From assembly GCA_964362905.1 (NCBI GenBank), contig CAYIHQ010000001.1:1163-65162 (forward strand): DNA of 64,000 nt, written 5' to 3'. The notes under the pieces were generated by a model. The model had not been told where the DNA came from. It ran no database searches and saw nothing but the letters and a program-made list of their open reading frames with translations. The DNA comes from an uncultured Ignavibacteriaceae bacterium (lineage in GTDB: Bacteria > Bacteroidota > Ignavibacteria > UBA10030). Of this stretch, positions 51,834 through 60,478 are shown in pieces. A program made the translations under genes and the position numbers. Every line of letters begins with the position of its first letter. The stretch's first letter is position 1.

Positions 51834-53231
51834 TCACGGATTCAGCAGAACGCCCCGGCAGTAGAAGTTCGCATTGACCGGCTTCTTCCCGTACTGCGTT
51901 CCGATCCCCTTCCGGCCGATGAAATCGTCCAGGATGATGGTCGGCGTCATGTACAACGGGATGTAGGGCGCGTAGACGTAGCCCGTGTCGAGGAAGCTGT
52001 TGCCCTTGTAGCCCATCACCCATGTGGTCGTGGCAAGGAACGGATCCTTGTAGACCGTCCAGCGGTTGTTCAGCGTCCCGATCTTCAGGACACCGCTGTT
52101 GGCCTGCGTGCCCAACGCACCCGGGATCGGCACAAACGTGGGCAGGGACTCGATCACGTCGCAGACGGCGATGCCGGCCACAATGAAGTTGGTCTGCACA
52201 CGCTTGGTCTTGCTCATCACCAAGTTGCTGCCCGAGATCATCGCATCCACGATGGACAGCTTGTGCTCCGTGTAGCTCACACCCGCCGGAACCGCCTTGT
52301 CCCAGGTCACTGAGCCCGCACCAGCAAAGGAGTCCAGATCGTTGATGATCTCGCGGTCCAGCTCCTGCTTGATGACCTCGGCCATGATCCCCACCATCTC
52401 GGCCTCCGCGTCCAGACCATGCAGCGCGTTGAGGTTCTGCGCCGCTTCCAGACTCCAGCGAGCACGCAGCTTGCGGACCAACGCCTGGATGGGCGCGCTT
52501 GTGAGCTGGAGATCAAGCTGCGGAACGTTGTCGGATGCCTCCGAGTCGTACCGATAGGTGACCGTGGCGGCCGTGATGTTGTTGACGAAATCGAGGGAGA
52601 TCACCCCCGTCGCGTAGTTGATGGTGGCGACACTGAGGGTCTCCGTGCCAACGGTCAGCACGAACCCGCCATTGCCATCATCCGTCACCGTGAAGGCCCC
52701 ACCCGCGCTGGTCCCCGAGATGGTCACCGTGCCGGGACGCACAGGGATGTAGGCGCAGGTGTGCGCGACGTTGTTGGAGCTGATCGTGCCAGTCTCCTTG
52801 TTGACCGCATCACCGCTGTAGGTCTCATTCCCGGTCCCACCCGTGCGGGCATCAAAGGCCGCACCGCCCGAAGCGATGGTACCCTTTGTGGTCCCGTAGA
52901 GGTAGTCCAGATAGAAGATCAGCGAGATCGGACCAGCCATGGGCTGGACCGAGACGATCTCGTTGGCGATCAGATTCGGGTAGACCGCCCGAATCAGCGG
53001 AAAAGCGAACTTGTCCCAATTGCCCACCTGGAGCACCTTGGTGACCTCGTTCATCTCGCTGGTCTGAAAGCGATGCTGATTCTCCAGCAGGATGGCAGTG
53101 TGCTTGCGCGGCCAGCCAGAGAGATCATCACAGTAGGGTGCCCAACGCGGGCTGGAGGCAAGGGCCTCGCCAATCGTCTCCATCTGGTCCACGCCGGACC
53201 CACGGAGATTCGGAAGCATTACGGAAGACAT
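51834..53231 (-). CDS. major capsid protein, T4 gp23 family, with an inserted repeat-type domain
   Basis: FPLIRAVYPNLIANEIVSVQPMAGPISLIFYLDYLYG, VRKLRARWSLEAAQNLNALHGLDAEAEMV..EVIKQELDREIINDL and PTIILDDFIGRKGIGTQYGKKPVNANFY match gp23 hallmarks. Confidence 0.9.
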   Translation of the reverse strand: MSSVMLPNLRGSGVDQMETIGEALASSPRWAPYCDDLSGWPRKHTAILLENQHRFQTSEMNEVTKVLQVGNWDKFAFPLIRAVYPNLIANEIVSVQPMAGPISLIFYLDYLYGTTKGTIASGGAAFDARTGGTGNETYSGDAVNKETGTISSNNVAHTCAYIPVRPGTVTISGTSAGGAFTVTDDGNGGFVLTVGTETLSVATINYATGVISLDFVNNITAATVTYRYDSEASDNVPQLDLQLTSAPIQALVRKLRARWSLEAAQNLNALHGLDAEAEMVGIMAEVIKQELDREIINDLDSFAGAGSVTWDKAVPAGVSYTEHKLSIVDAMISGSNLVMSKTKRVQTNFIVAGIAVCDVIESLPTFVPIPGALGTQANSGVLKIGTLNNRWTVYKDPFLATTTWVMGYKGNSFLDTGYVYAPYIPLYMTPTIILDDFIGRKGIGTQYGKKPVNANFYCRGVLLNP

Positions 53232-53258
53232 CTTTGCGTTCGCTCAGGAAGAAGGGGA

Positions 53259-54845
53259 TCAGATCCAGCCAGGCCGCGCCCCAATCGCAGCCCGTGCCGC
53301 ACGGACACCAGGGTCCGTGGATTCCACCACCGTTGACAACACCTCGGAGTCTGCACCCTCGTTGATCGCGTCCCCGCGCTTGGGCAGCTCCGAGCGGTCC
53401 CCGTGGTCCCCAGGCTCGTCGTCCACAGCGGCCGACAGATTCACCTGCCTGGTCAGCGCCTCATGCTTGTCCTGCGTAGGCAAGCCCAGCGCCTTCTTGT
53501 ACTCCTCAATCCGCTCCCCCAGCTCAGCTTCACTCGCGCAGGAGAGGAGGGACTTGGAAAACCGAGCCAGGTCCGGGGTGGCTTCAATGGCCTCCCGCAC
53601 CGATCGAGTCAGGCGCGCGCGGTCCTGGCGCTCGGTGATCGCCGAGACCAAACGCACTGCGGCTCCATACCGCTCTTCCAGAGCATGATGCGCCTGGGAA
53701 AGATCATCCAGGGCACCTTCACTCTTCCGCAGCCTGGTCAACAGCTCGTTACCCAGGCCCTTGGCCGCGACGTATCGACGCCGCAGCTCGTCCTCGTCGG
53801 ATTCGAGGACTTCCAACGCCTCGGCCAGACGCTCCCGATAGTGGTCCCGCGCTTCTCGGGTCTCCCGCAGAAGCGTCTTGAACCGCTCAATAGCAGCGTC
53901 ATGCCGAGAAGATTCTGTAGCCGGGGCGCCGGCTCCCTTCTTCTCCTCCTCCTTCTCATCCCCCGGAGTGGCGTCCTCCAGCGCGTTGTCCACACGCCGA
54001 TCCAGGTCCGCATCGTTCTGCACATGGTGCGCATCCAGGGCAGTCACCAGGGCAGTCCGAGCCTCCAGGATTCGAGAAGTAGTACCGGCCACCTGCTCCT
54101 GCAAGGCCCCACGCTCTTCCTCCGAGAGCAACCCCACAAGCGTGTCCGCGCTGGACTCGGCTTCGACACAGCTCTGGAATCGCTTGCGCAGATCGTCCGC
54201 CCCTAGCTGGTCCACACCCTTGGCAAGATCCAGGGCAGCGACTTCGAGGCGCTTCAACTCGTCTTGCTTCTCTTTCATCGTAGAGTTCCTACCGTAAGGC
54301 CCTTTCAGCACCCCTTCCTGGAGCTTTGGATAAGCGTCTGGAGTCGAGGGCTTGTACACAAAGTCAAACGTGTCGAGCTGGTAGCTAGTCTCATCAACGT
54401 ATTCAACGCCACCCCTTGTCTGTGACGTGCCTCGACCACGCGAGGATATGCCCACTTCACAACCGGCCCGAAAAAGCTCCTGGATTATCTGTCCAGAAGG
54501 AGTGTTGAGTACCTCAGCTTCGCCAATGATATCGTTGCCCTCTCGATCAAGGCGGGTCACAACGTGACTAACACGATTGAGATTGGTGACGCCCCGCTCA
54601 GGGTGCTCCACCTCTCCCATCATGCGCTTCCGTTGCAACATGTCCGTCGTCCGATTGTCGGAGAGAACACGCTCCCAAAGCGATGCGCTGTAGATTCGTC
54701 CGTTAGCGTTCTTGGTGTCCGCGCGCTGAAAAATACCACGAACACGCATCCTGCCCGTGGGCCTCCCGTCTTCTACAACATTGTCCTCAAGAATCTTGTA
54801 GTGGACAAAGCCCACAAAATCCTTGATCTCTTGTAGCGGGGACAT
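53259..54845 (-). CDS. prohead core protease (T4 gp21 / peptidase U9-like) fused to a long coiled-coil scaffold-like C-terminal region
   Basis: VRGIFQRADTKNANGRIYSASLWERVL, MMGEVEHP, GISSRGRGT and FDFVYKPSTPDAYP align with T4 gp21 (IEGIFMQAEVVNRNKRLYP, ALGELNHP, GVSSRGLGS, VDAVWGPSAPDAWV). The last ~330 aa are Glu/Ala/Arg/Leu-rich. Confidence 0.8.
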   Translation of the reverse strand: MSPLQEIKDFVGFVHYKILEDNVVEDGRPTGRMRVRGIFQRADTKNANGRIYSASLWERVLSDNRTTDMLQRKRMMGEVEHPERGVTNLNRVSHVVTRLDREGNDIIGEAEVLNTPSGQIIQELFRAGCEVGISSRGRGTSQTRGGVEYVDETSYQLDTFDFVYKPSTPDAYPKLQEGVLKGPYGRNSTMKEKQDELKRLEVAALDLAKGVDQLGADDLRKRFQSCVEAESSADTLVGLLSEEERGALQEQVAGTTSRILEARTALVTALDAHHVQNDADLDRRVDNALEDATPGDEKEEEKKGAGAPATESSRHDAAIERFKTLLRETREARDHYRERLAEALEVLESDEDELRRRYVAAKGLGNELLTRLRKSEGALDDLSQAHHALEERYGAAVRLVSAITERQDRARLTRSVREAIEATPDLARFSKSLLSCASEAELGERIEEYKKALGLPTQDKHEALTRQVNLSAAVDDEPGDHGDRSELPKRGDAINEGADSEVLSTVVESTDPGVRAARAAIGARPGWI

Positions 54846-55474
54846 CAGAGGGAGCTTCCAGTGATGCGAAAAGGAGGGGATATGCGCTTCACACCCTTGG
54901 TGGACGACTTCATGGGCTCACGCCCCAGCAGACCCAGAAGGCGTTTTCCAGACGTTCTCTCCGAGCTGCGCGCCAGGGCACTGACAGCCTCCTCCACCGA
55001 GGACTCCCCCGCGGCGAGCCGTGCCAACAGCCCATCGGAGATCGCCCCCACCTCCTGATGAAGTAGGTTGAGCACACTCTCCACTTGGGGCAGGCTGACA
55101 CCCACTAGGAGCGAGACGATCTCCACAGAGCCCCGCCCTTCACCAGCGAGCCGCACGATCTCTTCCACCAACGCGGTGGACAGCCCAGTACGAGAGGCTA
55201 GCTCAGACTCGTTGTAGAAGCCACCGGAGACCAGGCGATTTACACGCACGTAGCGCTTGGAGGGCCAGCGCTCTTTGTACTGGCGGTAGCGTCGAATGTA
55301 GCTCTGGAGGTACTTCAAGCCCTTACTCCGTGACTTCCCAATGCGTGCCCTGAAGTTCTCGTAGACTCGTGGAGTCAGCGGGAACCAATAGCTGCGCTGG
55401 CGGAGCTGAAGCATCAGCTCGCTGCGGCGTCGTCCGGATGGCCCTCGACCCTCTCTGTAAGCTCGTATGCGCAT
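54845..55474 (-). CDS. basic protein with a possible helix-turn-helix (209 aa)
   Basis: The track ORF was trimmed to the ATG at 55474 (MRIRAYREG...) to avoid overlapping paralogue C. ESELASRTGLSTALVEEIVRLA looks HTH-like. Its stop makes an ATGA overlap with the protease start. Confidence 0.5.
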   Translation of the reverse strand: MRIRAYREGRGPSGRRRSELMLQLRQRSYWFPLTPRVYENFRARIGKSRSKGLKYLQSYIRRYRQYKERWPSKRYVRVNRLVSGGFYNESELASRTGLSTALVEEIVRLAGEGRGSVEIVSLLVGVSLPQVESVLNLLHQEVGAISDGLLARLAAGESSVEEAVSALARSSERTSGKRLLGLLGREPMKSSTKGVKRISPPFRITGSSL

Positions 55475-55518
55475 CCATTCCGGACGATCTCCTAGCTTCT
55501 CAGAGAGCAAGTAGGGCC

Positions 55519-55926
55519 TCAGCTCGGGATCTTGGATGTCCCCACGAGACGAGCCCGGATAGCCACAGTCCCCGGAGTGCTTCCCACAGTGCCCGTAGAG
55601 GCCATCACACGCACCGTCTTCTCCCCGCGCACGAACGGCCCCCATTCGACACGATAGGTACCACTGACGATCGGGTTGATCGAGAAGGTCGGCTCCTGCA
55701 CGAACCAATTCGTGTCGTCCGCCGAGGTCTCAATACGCACATCCAGTGTGGTAGAGTTGTTCGCCACCCCAACCAGCTCGACCGCCAGGTGGCTCGCAGC
55801 GGATTGCGTGAGGTTCCCGATGCCGAGGTTGATCGACCCCAGAGCCGTCGGGGTGGTTGTCAAATTGGTGGCCGCAGCGAGTACCGCATAGGCCGCCAAA
55901 CCAGAGGGATAGACTACAGCTACCAT
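55519..55926 (-). CDS. small beta-sandwich protein, paralogue C (135 aa)
   Basis: Trimmed to the ATG at 55926 (MVAVVYPSG...). TTLDVRIETSADDTNWFVQ and TVRVMASTGT. Confidence 0.6.
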   Translation of the reverse strand: MVAVVYPSGLAAYAVLAAATNLTTTPTALGSINLGIGNLTQSAASHLAVELVGVANNSTTLDVRIETSADDTNWFVQEPTFSINPIVSGTYRVEWGPFVRGEKTVRVMASTGTVGSTPGTVAIRARLVGTSKIPS

Positions 55927-55928
55927 CG

Positions 55929-56336
55929 CTACACCGTGTTGCCAGAAATGGGCTGCGTCGCGCTGCCCAGAGAGCACTGCACTTTCACCAGAGTCGTGGC
56001 ATCGCTCGATCCAGTGGACTTGGCTGAAACCCGCAGCTTCGACTCAAAGCGCCCCGTGGTCACTGCCCAGCGAGACTTGGTGGTGGCAGTCTTGGACCAC
56101 ACCACCGTGCCCGTCTCCAAGTAGGGGACAACCCGCCAGGTCGCACCATCCCAGCTCTCTACCTGGATCTGCGCGCTGGTCTCCGCCCCCTTGGTGTAGT
56201 CCAAGTAGAAGACGACCGTACGAGCCCCGTGGGTGTCAAGGGATACCTGGTTGCCCGTGTACGCGGTTGTCAAGGCCGTGCCCACCACGTTCAGCAGCGT
56301 GGTGAACCCGCCTACGCCATGGAGCGTGGTCGGCAT
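55929..56336 (-). CDS. small beta-sandwich protein, paralogue D (135 aa)
   Basis: TVVFYLDYTKGAETSAQIQVESWDGATWRVVP and KLRVSAKSTGS. Confidence 0.6.
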   Translation of the reverse strand: MPTTLHGVGGFTTLLNVVGTALTTAYTGNQVSLDTHGARTVVFYLDYTKGAETSAQIQVESWDGATWRVVPYLETGTVVWSKTATTKSRWAVTTGRFESKLRVSAKSTGSSDATTLVKVQCSLGSATQPISGNTV

Positions 56337-56341
56337 GGGGG

Positions 56342-56785
56342 TTACTCCTCTGCGGGCACGTAGCCCGTGCCACAGGCATCGCAGACGATGAGCGGGATCT
56401 CCCCCTGCTCGTCCTCCACCACCTGACCGTCGAGCGCATCCTCACCGCAGGTCGGGCAGATAGGATTCTCCTCGTCGATCTCCGCTTCCTCCAGCTCGCC
56501 CTCTTCAGCGTCAGCTTCGGCGAGAGCATCCGGATCCGGGATGTACCCCGTATCGCAGGGCTGGCAGTAGAGAGCTGGGATCTCCCCATCCTCGGTCTCC
56601 ACCTGCACCTCCTCAAGCGGGGCCTTGCAGGTGACACACACCGGAGTGGAACCCTCATCGAACTCCACCACCTCGGGCTGATCGTTCATCACCGCGGCCA
56701 CCGCGGTATCGACATCCTGGCCCTCTACCATCCCGCTGATGATAGACTCTACCAGGTCTTCAGGCTGCTTCGTCACGTCACTCAT
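56342..56785 (-). CDS. acidic protein with a duplicated zinc-ribbon module (147 aa)
   Basis: There are two copies of C-x-T-C...E(D/E)(G/Q)GEIP...C-x2-C-x-TGY(I/V)P: PVCVTCKAPLEEVQVETEDGEIPALYCQPCDTGYIP and PICPTCGEDALDGQVVEDEQGEIPLIVCDACGTGYVP. Confidence 0.6.
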   Translation of the reverse strand: MSDVTKQPEDLVESIISGMVEGQDVDTAVAAVMNDQPEVVEFDEGSTPVCVTCKAPLEEVQVETEDGEIPALYCQPCDTGYIPDPDALAEADAEEGELEEAEIDEENPICPTCGEDALDGQVVEDEQGEIPLIVCDACGTGYVPAEE

Positions 56786-57144
56786 TGTGTACTCCAGGGG
56801 CGGTCCTGTAGTGGGTCAAACGGATCACGGGCAGCGGAGTGCTGCCGTCGTGGGGCGCGGAAGGGTCCACTAGATTCCCCTCTCATATCCAAGGGATTTC
56901 TTTGGACTTCTGGAATGCTGATCTTTCCGGTTGTCACATCAAAGGAGACAAGAGGCCAGTTCCACGACAAGTCCACTAGCCTCTCGTAGACTTCCCAGTG
57001 AAGCCCAATCTTGTGCAGCCAGAGCTTCAGCGAATCCAGCTCGTGGACGTAGCTGCTCTCTCCTAGAATGACCTCCACGGTCTCCTCTCCAGGAGCACGC
57101 ACGAGCTGAAAGCTCGTAATGCCGGCAGTGGGACACGTCAGCAT
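56782..57144 (-). CDS. hypothetical protein (120 aa)
   Basis: The track ORF 56782-57597 was trimmed to the ATG at 57144 (MLTCPTAGI...), which makes a TGATG overlap with the upstream stop. The longer N-terminus is the wrong frame of the neighbouring gene. Confidence 0.5.
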   Translation of the reverse strand: MLTCPTAGITSFQLVRAPGEETVEVILGESSYVHELDSLKLWLHKIGLHWEVYERLVDLSWNWPLVSFDVTTGKISIPEVQRNPLDMRGESSGPFRAPRRQHSAARDPFDPLQDRPWSTQ

Positions 57145-57443
57145 CAGGGTGCTGGCACCAGCTTGACGGTGGCGCCCTCGTTGATCCCATTCTGGAGGAA
57201 TGTCATCTCCATCTTGAGATCCACGCTGGCAGAGGTTTGCAGTTTGTACGCAGGACGCCCATTGGCGTTGAGCCCCGAGGCCGCACGGAGCTGGAAAGCA
57301 TTTGCTAGCTCTTTCACAGCTAGATTGCATGGCAGCCCGAGAGCTACATCCAGCTTCTGCTCCGCCCCGGAGTTGAGCGCCCCGGTGACCGTGCTGGTCA
57401 CCAGCACAACCCCGTTGCCAGACAAACTCGCGGGGTAGCCCAT
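57144..57443 (-). CDS. hypothetical protein (99 aa), possibly beta-grasp-like
   Basis: ORF in the operon. KLDVALGLPCNLAVKELANAF...MTFLQNGINEGATVKLV is loosely ubiquitin/YukD-like. This is weak. Confidence 0.45.
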   Translation of the reverse strand: MGYPASLSGNGVVLVTSTVTGALNSGAEQKLDVALGLPCNLAVKELANAFQLRAASGLNANGRPAYKLQTSASVDLKMEMTFLQNGINEGATVKLVPAP

Positions 57444-57446
57444 GGG

Positions 57447-57710
57447 TTACTTGCGTGACTCCGAGGGCACATGAGGATGATGGCTGCCAAACGCCGTCTC
57501 CTCCTGCGTCGTGAGCGTTGCGGTCGAGAAGTCCAGCACGATGCGATAGACCGTGGCCGCCGGAGCAGCCAAGTTCCCCGTCACATGCGTGTAGCACTCG
57601 AACTCGTCGCTCGACGGATTGCCCGAGTGAGCTGCCTTCCGAAGACCCCGGGTCTTGAGCAGTTCGATGAGGTCTCGGATCAGATTCTGTCGGGTTGCCA
57701 CGAGGGCCAT
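57447..57710 (-). CDS. hypothetical protein (87 aa)
   Basis: ORF following a 75-nt gap that contains the hairpin CGTCTT/AAGACG. Confidence 0.5.
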   Translation of the reverse strand: MALVATRQNLIRDLIELLKTRGLRKAAHSGNPSSDEFECYTHVTGNLAAPAATVYRIVLDFSTATLTTQEETAFGSHHPHVPSESRK

Positions 57711-57785
57711 TGCTTTACGGCTCCAAAAAAGTTGGGTTCAGACCGTCTTACACCCTTCAAGACGAAAAGGAGTGGTGGTGGTGCT

Positions 57786-58580
57786 CTACGCGAGAACCAG
57801 GGTCACCCCACCACTTGCCACAATGGCACCACTTCCTACGCTACGGAGCGCTCGTAGAACGATGTCGGATTTCTCTGGAACTATCTCGTACAGCTCCCGC
57901 ACGAATACAGTGCCCTCAAAGACCTCGATGCGATGTCGTGGGATAAAGACCTGTGAGGTGAAGCTGCGCGCGAACAGAGTGTACTGGAGTCCGAGCGCTG
58001 CCTGTGCGGTACCATAGTAGGAGACCACGCTGGCAGTTTTTCCCGCAGGTACCGTATACTGCGTCATGTACGCTCGGTTGTCTCCTACAGCAATCTCAGC
58101 CAATGCCGTAGCACCACTCTTGATGGTGATGAGCCCAACATTTGCCCCCGCGGACCCCGCAGTGGCCACCTCTGCCCGATACACTCGAAGAAACGCTGCT
58201 GAGGTGCCAACGCTGGTCGTCCCGTTCATCGTGACGGTCTCCAACTGCTCTACGTAGGTGCCGCTCAGACCCCAGATCGTCACCGTACGTGCCCCGGTAC
58301 CCGCAGAGGCATCCGCGGCATCCCCGGAAACAATCGTCAACGTAGTCGCGGCCCCGATGTAGGTCATCGACCCACCGGCAGTCCACAGATCCTCCTGCGT
58401 TGTGTCCACCGCAGGATTCCTTCCAAGGAGGCGCACTACCGTATAGCTGGATTCTAGGCCACGACTAGCACGCAGAAGCCACGGAGATTCGAGGAGATTG
58501 TAGGGTACCTCAGCACCTCCTACAGTGGAAGTCGCAATGGACTTGGTAGTATTTGCAGCGTCTTTTACTGTGAGAACCAT
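57786..58580 (-). CDS. virion structural-type beta-rich protein (264 aa)
   Basis: EDLWTAGGSMTYIG...LTIVSGDAADASAGTGARTVTIWGLSGTYVEQLETVTMNGTTSVGT..FLRVYRAEVATAGSAGANVGLITI resembles a recurrent phage structural family whose name I cannot recall. Confidence 0.5.
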   Translation of the reverse strand: MVLTVKDAANTTKSIATSTVGGAEVPYNLLESPWLLRASRGLESSYTVVRLLGRNPAVDTTQEDLWTAGGSMTYIGAATTLTIVSGDAADASAGTGARTVTIWGLSGTYVEQLETVTMNGTTSVGTSAAFLRVYRAEVATAGSAGANVGLITIKSGATALAEIAVGDNRAYMTQYTVPAGKTASVVSYYGTAQAALGLQYTLFARSFTSQVFIPRHRIEVFEGTVFVRELYEIVPEKSDIVLRALRSVGSGAIVASGGVTLVLA

Positions 58581-58583
58581 GAG

Positions 58584-60176
58584 CTACACCACCGCCAGCC
58601 AGCCAGATTGGGTACCATCCACAAACGAGAGCTGTCCTCCCAAGCCACTACCTGGATTAGGTGCCGTGAAGTCCCCTTCCAGGCTGTCATGCGTAGTTAC
58701 CCCATAGTCTATCAAACGCAGAACCTGCTGCATTTGCTTCACCAAGTTAGCGTCAGAAACATAGGGCATGGCCCCAATCTGATTTTGATACGGTAGAAAA
58801 CCGAATGCTTTCGAGACCCCAGGTTGGGGGCTACCTGCCCGAAGCAAAGAAGAGGACGCGGAGACTACGAGGTACTTTGAGGAGAAACCAGGGACCACAC
58901 TGCTAAGCGATTTGGGTCCACTTCCATTCGCAGATTCTGTCGCATTGAAATCCCAGAGGTTTCCACTTGCGACCGATCTGTGTGTTGGGTCGAGGCGTGT
59001 GAAGTAGTTGTTCACGTAGACCCCTCCCACGATGCCATCACTCTGAGCTGTGAAGCTGGCACCCAAAACGGGATCCGTACGTACCGAGTTATGCGCCCAG
59101 TAGCACGCAGCCAGCTTCCCCTGCACGCTGACACCACTGGCTGCCGCGGTGTTCCAGACATTCCCGACCACGGCCGCAGAGGACCAGCCAGCTCCCTGCA
59201 CGCTGAGAACAGGGGCCGAGAGATCCACGGCTATATTGTGGCGTACGAAAGGGCTGGCCCCCACATCCCAGCGCGCCCAAAGGCAGGGCCAGGAGCCTGA
59301 GGCAGCAAGACCATACCCGGTAGTCCCCTCCAGCACCCGAAGCGTGTTGGAGAAGACGACCCCGGAAAGCTGCCTCCAGAAAGCTCCTCGAATCACCTCC
59401 ACTCCATGGCAGCCGCTAGAAAGCGCGTCGAAGAAGCAGTTGGTCAGCTTCACACGAGCACCCTGCTCAGCCCACAACCCCAGGGTACGCCCAGTAGCCT
59501 GTGTGTTGCTGAAACGGCAGGAGATAAAGGTGTGTATCCCCGTCACGGTGAGAGTGGTACCGTGAGTAGCAGAGCCTGTAAACGCCAAACCCTTCCAGAT
59601 CGCCCGCTTTACAAGTGGGGGAGAATCCGCTTGAATCTGCGCCTCTACCCCTGAAGCGGGTTCAAACGTAACCAGCTTGCCATCTGCGGAGGAGAGATCG
59701 AACTGGGAGTACAGCGGATCGGACTTCGATGGGAATACATAGGTCGCGGAGGCCACGAATCGGATGCGTATGTGGGAGCCAGAATGCCCCACCGCAGCCA
59801 CCAGCGCCCCACGCAAGTCCACGGTGCTGCCAACATCCTGTGTCAGATCATAGGGCTGGAACACACGAATCGTGGTGGTGTCAGTGGACTCCCCCCCACT
59901 TCCACCCGCGTAGGTCACGATGACCAGGCTGCCCCCAGCATGATAGCGATCCGCAGGAATAGCAAGCTGGTAGCACTCTACGGGTACCCGCGATGAGTAG
60001 TCCTGCACCTCGGGGAGAAGCGTACGAGATACCACCTCGGCGCCCTGGAAGAGGGCAGACGCCTGCACCGTGTAAGGCTGATCGCTGTGGGCTGCTACAT
60101 GAATGAGCAGCGGTCTGCCATCGTAAACTACATGATCGGCAGAAGCATGCGAGAGGATCCGAACTACGGGGTTCAA
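58584..60176 (-). CDS. right-handed beta-helix-type protein (tailspike/depolymerase-like)
   Basis: It shows repetitive short beta-strand rungs with C/N ladders: FISCRFSNTQATGRTLGLWAEQGARVKLTNCFFDALSSGCHGVEVIRGAFW..VVFSNT. Confidence 0.45.
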   Translation of the reverse strand: MNPVVRILSHASADHVVYDGRPLLIHVAAHSDQPYTVQASALFQGAEVVSRTLLPEVQDYSSRVPVECYQLAIPADRYHAGGSLVIVTYAGGSGGESTDTTTIRVFQPYDLTQDVGSTVDLRGALVAAVGHSGSHIRIRFVASATYVFPSKSDPLYSQFDLSSADGKLVTFEPASGVEAQIQADSPPLVKRAIWKGLAFTGSATHGTTLTVTGIHTFISCRFSNTQATGRTLGLWAEQGARVKLTNCFFDALSSGCHGVEVIRGAFWRQLSGVVFSNTLRVLEGTTGYGLAASGSWPCLWARWDVGASPFVRHNIAVDLSAPVLSVQGAGWSSAAVVGNVWNTAAASGVSVQGKLAACYWAHNSVRTDPVLGASFTAQSDGIVGGVYVNNYFTRLDPTHRSVASGNLWDFNATESANGSGPKSLSSVVPGFSSKYLVVSASSSLLRAGSPQPGVSKAFGFLPYQNQIGAMPYVSDANLVKQMQQVLRLIDYGVTTHDSLEGDFTAPNPGSGLGGQLSFVDGTQSGWLAVV

Positions 60177-60478
60177 TCCTTAGGGCTCCGATTCCGATTC
60201 CGCTTCCGCCACCGCGTCAGAGCAAAGGGATTCGTCACCCCAGGCTTTTTCTTCAGCACCCTCACTACCTTCTCCCCCTTCTTTCCGGGGGCCTCTGCCA
60301 GATTACCAGAGAACCTGCGTAGGAGATAAAAACGAGTAGCTTCTCCAGAGCTAAGGGGATCAGATGATGTATATCCCTGTAGATATGGATAGTGGATCAG
60401 AAAATAGTTATCCACTACAGCGCTCTCCGACTTCCCTTGGAGAACTTCGGAAAGCAGCTCATCGAAGGAGTGGATCAC
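60173..60478 (-). CDS. hypothetical protein with a basic C-terminus (101 aa)
   Basis: ATGA overlaps at both ends (60475-60478 and 60173-60176). Confidence 0.5.
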   Translation of the reverse strand: MIHSFDELLSEVLQGKSESAVVDNYFLIHYPYLQGYTSSDPLSSGEATRFYLLRRFSGNLAEAPGKKGEKVVRVLKKKPGVTNPFALTRWRKRNRNRSPKD

